This document shows, one piece after another, positions 9,239 to 17,249 of a DNA stretch of 64,000 bases; the first letter of the stretch is position 1; every line of letters begins with the position of its first letter. The notes beneath the pieces were generated by a model that ran no database searches, was not told where the DNA came from, and was given only the letters and a program-made list of their open reading frames with translations. The stretch comes from Steroidobacteraceae bacterium (GTDB lineage Bacteria > Pseudomonadota > Gammaproteobacteria > Steroidobacterales > Steroidobacteraceae): NCBI GenBank assembly GCA_035996065.1, contig DASYJX010000037.1:31296-95295 (forward strand). Reading direction: 5' to 3'. The position numbers and the translations under genes were made by a program.

Positions 9239-11851
9239 ATGAACTGCAATTCGAAGCTGTCCTATGCGATTGCGGCGATTTTGAGCGGCGGAGCCTCCGG
9301 GTTCGTCCAGGCGGCGGCAGCGGCGGATACCGAGACAAGCGAGGGCATCCAAGAGATTACCGTCACGGCTCAGCGCCGCACGGAAAGTATTCAGAACGTG
9401 CCGATCACCATTACGGCACTCACCGGCGAGACGATCAAGGAATTGAACATCTCGACCTTGAACGACTATGTGAAGTTCCTGCCCAACGTCACGGTCGCGA
9501 ACCAAGGCCCGGGTCAAGGCCTCATTTATATGCGTGGCTTGGCGACGACCGAGGACGGCCCGCAATCCTCCGGCGCGACGGGAAGTTTTCCGAATGTCGC
9601 GGTCTACCTCGATGAACAATCCGCTCAGCTGCCGGGCCGCAATCTCGACGTCTACGCAGCCGATATCGAGCGTATCGAAGTACTCGAAGGCCCGCAGGGC
9701 ACCCTGTTCGGCGCCGGCGCCCAAGCCGGTGTGATTCGCTACATCACCAACAAGCCCAAGCTCGACAAGACCGAAGCGATAGTCAACGCCGGTTACGGCT
9801 ACACCTCGCATGGTGACCCGAGCACCAGCCTCGACGCGACGCTCAATCTACCCTTGATCGACAATACGCTGGCGGTCCGTGCGGTCATCTACAACGAGCG
9901 GCGCGGCGGCTACATCGACAACGTGCCCGGAACCTTCACTCGCAAGGACAGCGATATCGGCATCGGTGCTTACTTCGGCGGCCACGTGCCCGCGATCAAC
10001 GAGGTGGCGAACAACAATTCGGTGACCGGCAGGGCCATCAACCCCGTGACGTACCAGGGGTTTCGGTTGTCGGGCCTGTACCAGATCAACGATGACTGGA
10101 ACGTCCTTGTATCGCAGTCGTACCAGTTCATGGAAGCAGACGGCATCTTTGCCGAGATGCAGCACGGCACCGACGGCCAGAAGCTGCCTGATCTCTCGGT
10201 GAATTTGTTCACGCCGCAGTATGACAAGGACCGCTTCGAGAACACCGCGTGGACCGTGAGCGGCCGGATCGCCGCGCTCAAGGCCGTGTACACGGGAGGT
10301 TATCTGGTGCGCACGGTGGACCAGGTCGCCGATTACACAAACTACAACCGCGGCGCCTATGGCGACTACTATTCCTGCATCCTCCCGGGAACGCCGCAAG
10401 CAATTGCGAACGGGACGCCGGGAGGCGCCTGCCTCTCGCCGATCGCGACGTTCCGAGTGCAGCAACGCAACACCCATCAGAATCACGAGTTTCGCTTGAG
10501 CACGCCGGACGACTGGCGTTGGCGCGCCATCGGCGGTCTGTTCTACGAAGATTTTCTGGTTCAGGATATTTCCGACTGGCACTACCGGGCACCGGGCGCG
10601 GGCTTCATACCATTGATCGCGCCCCCCGCATCGAGTGCGAATAACCACGCGGTGCGCGACAACTCCATCGGCTTCTACGACGACATCCAGCGCGGCTACA
10701 AACAGAAGGCGGCATTCTTTTCCACGGACTTCGAAATCATTCCGAAGACCTTGACCGTGACCGCCGGCACGCGCTACTACAACATGGACACTTTCGAGAA
10801 GGGCGCGAAAGGCGGCAGCTACGACTGCCGGCCGGGCGGCTTATATCCGTTTGTCGGCCCGGACCAGATTTTGAACGGCGCCTGCAACAACGGCCTCAAT
10901 CTGGACACGTTCGCCGTCCCGGCCGGAAATGGAGCGTATTCGGACAAAAAAATCGGTCTGGAAAAAACCTACAAAGGCTTCAAGAGCCGCGCCAACATCA
11001 GCTGGAAGTTCATGGACGACGGCTTGCTGTACTACACGTGGTCGCAAGGCTTTCGTCCGGGTGGTTTCAACCGCTCATCGGGATTCGTGAGCGCCACGCA
11101 GTCACCGCTGGTCAACGTGTATCAAACTCCGATCGGTTTCGCGCCGGACGTCTTGACCAACAACGAGCTGGGTTTCAAGACCCAGTGGCTTAACCACCGG
11201 CTGCAATTCAACGGCACGGTATATCGGGAAGACTGGAAAAACGTTCAGATCGGGCTGTTCGATCCCGGGGTGCTGGGCAATTTGACATTCACGACCAACG
11301 GGCCGGACTACCGGGTCCGGGGCTTTGAGACGGAAATCATCGCGCAGCCGCTCGCCGGGCTGACGGTCACGGTGGCAGGATCGTGGAACCACTCCGAACT
11401 GGTCAATACCCCGACCCTGTTCGACAAGAACGGCGCTCCCATCAATTGGACAGCGCTCGGTCTGCACAACCCATATGGCGACACGGGTAGTCCTCTCGCG
11501 CAGTCGCCGCCATTCCAGGGAAATGTGCGCGTCCGCTACGAAGTTCCGATGGGAAGCTACAACACATTCGTGCAAGGGGCGGCTACGCGCCGCGCGCACT
11601 CGCTCGCCACGACGGACAAGCTTGCGACGGAAAACGACAAGATAACGCCCGTCGATTACGTCCTGCCGGCATTCACGACCTACGATCTTTCGGTGGGAAT
11701 CGCCAAGGATCAGTGGACGGCGCAGATCTACGGCACCAACATTACCGACACGCGAGGCGTGGACTTCTCTACCTATGCGCAAAAGGTCAAGGAGGATACG
11801 GTCATTCGGCCGCGCACGGTGATGCTGAAAATCGGGTACAAGTTCCAATAG
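9239..11851 (+). CDS. TonB-dependent receptor (copy 1 of the duplicated module)
   Basis: Signal peptide MNCNSKLSYAIAAILSGGASGFVQAAAA. Plug motifs are present (IQEITVTAQRR, ERIEVLEGPQGTLFGAGAQAG). 870 aa, with a beta-barrel C-terminus ending ...LKIGYKFQ. Confidence 0.93.
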   Translation: MNCNSKLSYAIAAILSGGASGFVQAAAAADTETSEGIQEITVTAQRRTESIQNVPITITALTGETIKELNISTLNDYVKFLPNVTVANQGPGQGLIYMRGLATTEDGPQSSGATGSFPNVAVYLDEQSAQLPGRNLDVYAADIERIEVLEGPQGTLFGAGAQAGVIRYITNKPKLDKTEAIVNAGYGYTSHGDPSTSLDATLNLPLIDNTLAVRAVIYNERRGGYIDNVPGTFTRKDSDIGIGAYFGGHVPAINEVANNNSVTGRAINPVTYQGFRLSGLYQINDDWNVLVSQSYQFMEADGIFAEMQHGTDGQKLPDLSVNLFTPQYDKDRFENTAWTVSGRIAALKAVYTGGYLVRTVDQVADYTNYNRGAYGDYYSCILPGTPQAIANGTPGGACLSPIATFRVQQRNTHQNHEFRLSTPDDWRWRAIGGLFYEDFLVQDISDWHYRAPGAGFIPLIAPPASSANNHAVRDNSIGFYDDIQRGYKQKAAFFSTDFEIIPKTLTVTAGTRYYNMDTFEKGAKGGSYDCRPGGLYPFVGPDQILNGACNNGLNLDTFAVPAGNGAYSDKKIGLEKTYKGFKSRANISWKFMDDGLLYYTWSQGFRPGGFNRSSGFVSATQSPLVNVYQTPIGFAPDVLTNNELGFKTQWLNHRLQFNGTVYREDWKNVQIGLFDPGVLGNLTFTTNGPDYRVRGFETEIIAQPLAGLTVTVAGSWNHSELVNTPTLFDKNGAPINWTALGLHNPYGDTGSPLAQSPPFQGNVRVRYEVPMGSYNTFVQGAATRRAHSLATTDKLATENDKITPVDYVLPAFTTYDLSVGIAKDQWTAQIYGTNITDTRGVDFSTYAQKVKEDTVIRPRTVMLKIGYKFQ

Positions 11852-11869
11852 AGGAAGAATCGGCTTCGT

Positions 11870-13873
11870 ATGGCCGCCCCGCTCCCCGATTCTCTTCCGT
11901 CCGGTGTCGAGGCGGAAATTGGCCACGCCCGATCGCTGCTGCAGAAACGTCAGTTTCCACAGTCGCTCGCGGTCGCGGAAATTCTGCTTGCCGATTTTCC
12001 CGAAAACCGCGACGTCCTCTATCTGATCGCCGTCAATCAGCGCTACCTGGGACGCATCTCCGAAGCGCTCGCTACGCTTGAGCGGCTCGAGGGTCTGCAT
12101 CCCGATTATGGCCGCCTGTTCCAGGAGCGTGGCCACTGCCACCGCACCATAGGCGACGCGCCGGCGGCAATCGTGGCCTACCAGACCGCTGTCGACCGCA
12201 ATGCTGCGCTGCCGGCGAGTTGGAAGGCGCTCGCCGCTTTATTGAGGTCGGCGGGCCGCACCGCTGAGGCCGACAACGCCGTCAGCGTAGCGGCAAGTCT
12301 CGAGCAGCTGCCGCCTGCGATCGTCGCTGCAAACAGCTTGTTTGCGGAAGGCGATACCCATGCGGCCGAAAAGATGGTCCGGCAGTACCTGCAGCAAGAC
12401 CCAGCACACGTCGAGGGCATGCGACTGCTCGCCAGAATCGGCATGAAGCTCGGCGTCCTGGACGATGCCGAGTTCTTGCTGGAGAGCGTCTTGGAGTTCG
12501 CACCGGACTATCACGCCGCGCGGTATGACTATGCCCAGGTGCTCGCCGACCGCCAGAAGCACGCGCGCGCGCTGGAGCTGGTCCGGCAGCTTCTGGCGAT
12601 CGAGCCCCGTAACCCGATGTTTCGCTCGCTCGAGGGAAACGTCTTGGTGGGCCTCGGCGACCATGAAGCGGCGCTCAAGCTGTTCCACGAACTCCGTGAT
12701 GATTCGCCCGCGAATCCCACGTTGCACCTCGCGATTGCGCACGCCCACAAAACCGTCGGCCGCCAGCAGGAAGCCATTGAATCCTATCGCCGCGCTGCGC
12801 AAGTCCGGCCGGACTTCGGCGACGCATACTGGAGCCTCGCAAATCTCAAGACGTACCGCTTCACCGAGAACGAAATCGCGCAAATGCGCGCCCAGGAATC
12901 CGCGCATGGCACCCCCCTCCTCGACCGTTACCACCTTTGCTTCGCCCTGGGCAAGGCGCTCGAGGATCGAGCGGAATATGCGGAATCGTTTCTCTTTTAC
13001 GAACGAGGCAATGCGCTGAAACGAGATGAACTGCGCTACGACGCGGCTGCGCTCGAACGCAATCTGCGGCGGCAGTCCACCGTCTGCACGGGCGAATTTT
13101 TTGCGGCGCGCCGGGGGTTTGGATCGGGCGATCGGTCGCCCATTTTCATCATAGGCTTGCCGCGTGCCGGCTCGACGCTGGTCGAGCAGATCCTTGCCTC
13201 GCATTCGAACGTGGAGGGCACCAAGGAACTCGCCGACATTCCGCGGCTCGTCCACCGGCTGAATGGCCGCGAATCGAACGATTCGACGCCGCGATATCCC
13301 GCCGTGCTCGGCGAGCTTAGCGCCGAACAATTGCGGCAGTTCGGCGAGCAATTCGTTTTGGATACCCGAGTGTACCGACGGGGCAAACCCTTTTTCATAG
13401 ACAAGATGCCGAACAACTTTCGCCACCTCGGCTTGATCCACTTGATTCTGCCCAATGCCAAGATCATCGATGCGAGGCGCGAGCCCATGGCTTGCTGTTT
13501 CAGTAATTTCAAGCAACTTTTCGCGAGCGGCCAAGAGTTCACTTATGGCCTGGAAGACATCGCACGTTACTACCGCAATTACCTCGAATTGATGGAACAC
13601 TGGAACGCGGTACTGCCGGGCAAGATACTCAAGGTGCAGCACGAAGACCTGGTCCAGAACCTGGAAGGGAATGTCCGCCGCCTTCTGGATTTCTGCGAGC
13701 TCGAGTTCGAATCGACGTGCGTTGAGTTCTATAAGACCGAGCGGAGTATACGCACCGCGAGTTCGGAGCAGGTTCGTAGGCCTATATTCAAGGAAGGATT
13801 GGATCAGTGGCGGAATTTTGAGCCCTGGCTCGCGCCCCTCCAAGCCGCACTTCGAGGCCCGCCGACAATATGA
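11870..13873 (+). CDS. TPR-repeat + sulfotransferase-domain protein, leaderless (copy 1)
   Basis: 667 aa. The N-terminal half consists of helical TPR-like repeats. The C-terminal half carries IFIIGLPRAGSTLVEQILASH (5'-PSB PAPS loop) and FIDKMPNNFRHLGLIHLILPNAKIIDARR...CCFSNFKQ (3'-PB region). There is no signal peptide. RBS AGGAAG is present. The gene starts 18 nt after the receptor stop. Confidence 0.88.
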   Translation: MAAPLPDSLPSGVEAEIGHARSLLQKRQFPQSLAVAEILLADFPENRDVLYLIAVNQRYLGRISEALATLERLEGLHPDYGRLFQERGHCHRTIGDAPAAIVAYQTAVDRNAALPASWKALAALLRSAGRTAEADNAVSVAASLEQLPPAIVAANSLFAEGDTHAAEKMVRQYLQQDPAHVEGMRLLARIGMKLGVLDDAEFLLESVLEFAPDYHAARYDYAQVLADRQKHARALELVRQLLAIEPRNPMFRSLEGNVLVGLGDHEAALKLFHELRDDSPANPTLHLAIAHAHKTVGRQQEAIESYRRAAQVRPDFGDAYWSLANLKTYRFTENEIAQMRAQESAHGTPLLDRYHLCFALGKALEDRAEYAESFLFYERGNALKRDELRYDAAALERNLRRQSTVCTGEFFAARRGFGSGDRSPIFIIGLPRAGSTLVEQILASHSNVEGTKELADIPRLVHRLNGRESNDSTPRYPAVLGELSAEQLRQFGEQFVLDTRVYRRGKPFFIDKMPNNFRHLGLIHLILPNAKIIDARREPMACCFSNFKQLFASGQEFTYGLEDIARYYRNYLELMEHWNAVLPGKILKVQHEDLVQNLEGNVRRLLDFCELEFESTCVEFYKTERSIRTASSEQVRRPIFKEGLDQWRNFEPWLAPLQAALRGPPTI

Positions 13874-14130
13874 CAGCCCCCGTTGTTGGTACGCAACAAC
13901 GAGTGCGGCGCGCTACCGATCAGATTCTTCTGCTCAACCACTTTCTGCGGCCGGCTCTGATTCACGGGTTGACGGTGGCCGCCCGCGATTTATCTGACTG
14001 CGCAAGGACTCGAGGATGCTGACGCTGCGAAGCTGTGCTACCTCGTTTCCGCTCGTGCCGCCTTCTCGCTGTCGGGGCCGCCGCGCGGGGAGTAAGCAAA
14101 GATCGGGCGTGTGACTTGCGATGCAACACG

Positions 14131-14173
14131 TCATATATATTATATATGTACTTGTTTAGTTTGACTAATTTCC
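14131..14173. promoter_or_regulatory. AT-rich island (TCATATATATTATATATGTACTTGTTTAGTTTGACTAATTTCC) inside a 643-bp non-coding gap; possible promoter/UP or regulator-binding region for the second receptor module
   Basis: Read directly. It contrasts strongly with the surrounding high-GC sequence and contains a TTGACT hexamer. No convincing -10 partner was identified. Confidence 0.3.
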
Positions 14174-14345
14174 CAGCGAAGGACCCGGCCGAAACCCTCC
14201 TTGAGCGGCTGCGCCACTTGTCCGCAGCAACTCCCGCGCTCAACATTTACGACCACTCTCATGGAGCAGCGGGTGCGGCAACCCTAGGTCATGCTCCGTC
14301 GCCTGGCAACGCTCACGCCGCTGCCGCCTTGAGTCCTCACGGCAA

Positions 14346-14366
14346 GCATCGAATGCCGCATCGAAT
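14346..14366. repeat. Direct repeat GCATCGAAT-GCC-GCATCGAAT (12-bp period)
   Basis: Read directly. Two perfect 9-mers lie at 14346-14354 and 14358-14366, about 150 nt upstream of ATG 14517. Confidence 0.5.
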
Positions 14367-14516
14367 TTCCGTATGGCCGAATCTAAAATCGGCATGCGGG
14401 CGATGCATGGCCACAACAAAATAGACCTTTCGCTTTGCGCCGGCGATGCTATTCTCTGAAGTAATTACAAAGCCTGATGGCGTATTGCCGGGATTTTATA
14501 AGGAAGGGATGGAAGC

Positions 14517-17159
14517 ATGAATTCAAATCAGAAGTTGTCCTATGCGATTGCAGCCATCCTGAGCGGCTCGGCCGCGGGATTCGCCCATGCGGCCACGGCG
14601 ACCGACACTGAGGCCTCCGATTCGATTCAAGAGATCACCGTCACGGCGCAGCGCCGGACGGAAAACGTTCAGAACGTGCCCATCACCATCCAGGCGTTGA
14701 CCTCCGAGACCCTGAACCAGCTCAGCGTCACCACATTCGATGACTTCGTTCGCTATCTGCCCAATGTCACGGCGCCGTCGAACGGGCCCGGACAGGGCAA
14801 CGTATTCATGCGCGGCCTCAGTACCGGTGCGGCGGGCACCCAATCGAGCGGTTCGATCGGCGGCTTTCCGAATGTCGCCATCTACCTGGACGATCAATCC
14901 GGCCAACTGCCCTCGCGCAACCTCGACATTTATGCCGCCGACCTCGAGCGCATCGAAGTCCTCGAAGGGCCCCAAGGCACCTTGTTCGGCGCGGGCGCTC
15001 AAGCAGGCGTGATCCGCTACATCACGAACAAGCCCAAGCTCAATGTGACCGAAGCCAATTTCGACGTCGGCTACGGCGTCACCGCGCACGGCGATCCCAA
15101 CACCGACCTGACTGCGGTCCTCAATCTGCCGCTGATCAACGACACTCTCGCGCTGCGCGCCGTCATCTACAACGATCGGCGCGGCGGCTACATCGATAAC
15201 GTGCCGGGCACCTTTACTCGCAAGGCTACCGACCTTGGCATTTACTATGCCAATAACCCCGGCGGAGGCGTTCCGGCCAATGCCCCGGCCATCAACAACA
15301 ACGCCATCGCCGCTCGCGCCATCAATCCGGTCACCTATCAGGGCACGCGCCTGGAAGGGCTGTATCAGATCAACGATAATTGGAACGTGCTGATTACACA
15401 GTCCTACCAGAACATCGACTCGCAGGGCGTTTTCTATCAGATGCCCCATGCCTCGGACGGCGCGGCCCTCAATCCGCTCGAAGTTACGCTGTTCAACAAT
15501 GCCTTTAACAAGGATCGGTTCGAGAATACGGCGTGGACCGTAAACGGCCAGCTCGGTGTTTTGCATGCGGTATATACCGGTGCTTATCTCGACCGTCACG
15601 TATCACAGGTCGGGGACTACACGAACTATGCCCGCGGCGTGTTTGCCGACTACTATCAGTGCTACGGTCCCGGCACCGGCTTTTATCTTGCGACTCCGAC
15701 CCCGGGCCTCACTTCGAGGTGTTACTCGCCCAGCAGCACCTGGCGCGAAACCGAACGCAACGAGCATCTCAGCAATGAATTTCGCTTGAGCACGCCGGAT
15801 GATTGGCGCGTGCGCGTCATCGCCGGCGGTTTCTTTGAGACCAATACTCTCTTCGACCAGACCGACTGGCTTTACAAGACGATCCCGAACTGCACCTCGA
15901 ACACCGCGCCGGGCACTCCGGGCAACACGGGTTGCATGTCGAACGTCGGCACGGTGCCCGGCACCACCGTCGAGAACCCCGGAGCTCAGAACGACAACGT
16001 CGCGTTCTTCGAGGACACCACGCGTCAAGTCAAACAGGCAGCGGGGTTCACATCGATCGACTTCGACCTTATTCCCAAAGTGTTGACCATCACGGGAGGC
16101 ACGCGTTACTACAATTTCGATGAGTACTTCAAGGGCAGTGTCAGCAGCAGTTTCGGCTGTTTCGAGGCCGGAGCGCCTCCCGGCGGCTGCATCGCGGGCG
16201 GCAACAACCTGGACAAGAGAAACCTCACTTCCAAGGAACACGGCTTCAAGAGCCGCGGCAATATCACTTGGCACATCACATCGGACATCATGGTGTATGC
16301 GACGTATTCCCAAGGCTTCCGTCCCGGCGGCTTCAATCGCGTGAACAACTGTCACATCCGAGGGACGGATGGGCTCAATCAATTCTGCATACCGCAGACG
16401 TATAAGTCCGACGACTTGACGAACAAGGAAATCGGCTGGAAGACGGAGTTTCTGGATCACCGATTGCAATTCAACGGTGCTCTGTACCAGGAGAACTGGG
16501 ACAATGTGCAGGTCGGGTTCTTCGATCCCGGCGAAACGGGCAATCTGACCTTCGGAACCAACGGACAAAATTACCGGATTCGCGGTGTCGAGACCTCGAT
16601 CGTGGCACGCGTGACGCAGGGCCTGACGCTGCAGGGTGGCGCAGCCTGGAATTCGAGCACACAAACCAATTCGCCGGCTTTGATCGACACCAATCCGGCG
16701 AGCAACAACTTCGGCAAGCCCATCACCGTGGCGTGCGACAAAACCGGAGCGAACTGCAAACCGCTCAACAATCTATTCGGCCCGCCCGGCGGCCCGAGCG
16801 CAAACTCGCCGCCCATCGAGTTCAACTTCCGCGCGCGCTATGACTTCACGATGAATGGCTACACTCCATTTATGCAGGTGGGGGCGACACACACCGGGCA
16901 CTCCTTCACACAGGGCGGAAGCAATCCTTCGATCTCGGCCGGCGGCATCAATACCACCTTGCTGCGCTTCGAAAACCCCGCGTATACGACTTACGATGCC
17001 TCGGCGGGTGTGGCGAAGGACGCGTGGAACGCGCATGTGTTCGTGCAGAATCTGACCAACTCGAATGCCAGTCTCTTTACCAATACGGGACAATTCACGG
17101 TGGCGCAGACCGTCCTCCGTCCCCGGGTGATCGGCGTTAAGGTCGGCTATAAATTCTAA
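14517..17159 (+). CDS. TonB-dependent receptor (copy 2 of the duplicated module)
   Basis: 880 aa and collinear with 9239-11851 from the signal peptide (MNSNQKLSYAIAAILSGSAAGFAHA) through the plug (IQEITVTAQRRTENVQNVPITIQAL) to the terminal ...VKVGYKF. Confidence 0.93.
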   Translation: MNSNQKLSYAIAAILSGSAAGFAHAATATDTEASDSIQEITVTAQRRTENVQNVPITIQALTSETLNQLSVTTFDDFVRYLPNVTAPSNGPGQGNVFMRGLSTGAAGTQSSGSIGGFPNVAIYLDDQSGQLPSRNLDIYAADLERIEVLEGPQGTLFGAGAQAGVIRYITNKPKLNVTEANFDVGYGVTAHGDPNTDLTAVLNLPLINDTLALRAVIYNDRRGGYIDNVPGTFTRKATDLGIYYANNPGGGVPANAPAINNNAIAARAINPVTYQGTRLEGLYQINDNWNVLITQSYQNIDSQGVFYQMPHASDGAALNPLEVTLFNNAFNKDRFENTAWTVNGQLGVLHAVYTGAYLDRHVSQVGDYTNYARGVFADYYQCYGPGTGFYLATPTPGLTSRCYSPSSTWRETERNEHLSNEFRLSTPDDWRVRVIAGGFFETNTLFDQTDWLYKTIPNCTSNTAPGTPGNTGCMSNVGTVPGTTVENPGAQNDNVAFFEDTTRQVKQAAGFTSIDFDLIPKVLTITGGTRYYNFDEYFKGSVSSSFGCFEAGAPPGGCIAGGNNLDKRNLTSKEHGFKSRGNITWHITSDIMVYATYSQGFRPGGFNRVNNCHIRGTDGLNQFCIPQTYKSDDLTNKEIGWKTEFLDHRLQFNGALYQENWDNVQVGFFDPGETGNLTFGTNGQNYRIRGVETSIVARVTQGLTLQGGAAWNSSTQTNSPALIDTNPASNNFGKPITVACDKTGANCKPLNNLFGPPGGPSANSPPIEFNFRARYDFTMNGYTPFMQVGATHTGHSFTQGGSNPSISAGGINTTLLRFENPAYTTYDASAGVAKDAWNAHVFVQNLTNSNASLFTNTGQFTVAQTVLRPRVIGVKVGYKF

Positions 17160-17213
17160 AGGAGCTTTGACTGATCGCGGCTACCCGCTCGAGGGTCTGA
17201 CGCAGTAGTATCG

Positions 17214-17241
17214 AAGGCGGGCATGAGCCCGCCTTTTTTTT
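17214..17241 (+). terminator. Rho-independent terminator between receptor 2 and sulfotransferase 2
   Basis: AAGGCGGGC-ATGA-GCCCGCCTT: 7 G:C pairs plus 2 A:T pairs, a tetraloop, then a run of 8 T. It lies 54 nt after the TAA at 17157-17159. Confidence 0.8.
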
Positions 17242-17249
17242 GGGAATCA

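Noticed and set aside
12239-13843. A 534-aa minus-strand ORF antisense to sulfotransferase 1. Similar long antisense ORFs occur at 14523-15599, 15603-16664, 17247-18131, 19277-20740, 32767-33987, 37883-39349, 39616-40719, 52432-53790, 53768-55168 and 61047-62246.
   Set aside because: All lie opposite genes with strong motif support. They show Arg/Pro/Gly-rich composition and lack start context or motifs, so I treat them as GC-driven open frames.
13881-13901. The hairpin CGTTGTTG-GTACG-CAACAACG just after the sulfotransferase 1 stop, considered as a terminator.
   Set aside because: The stem is only 8 bp and moderately AT-rich, with no following T-run. That is too weak to call, so it is mentioned only within the gap finding.
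14172-14226. Possible cobalamin-riboswitch-like strings (GCGAAGGACCCGGCCGAAACCC ... GCGCCACTTGTCC) upstream of receptor 2.
   Set aside because: The resemblance is only loose. The CCGG-loop-CCGG helix and the B12 box (AGACCTGCC-like) are absent, and the receptor is not BtuB-sized. It cannot be supported without a covariance-model scan.
14146-14424. A 92-codon ORF starting in the AT island, considered as a possible small precursor peptide for the sulfotransferases (by analogy with RaxX/RaxST).
   Set aside because: Many codons end in A/T, unlike all confident genes here. There is no RBS and no motif. I leave it as non-coding unless ribosome profiling or proteomics says otherwise.
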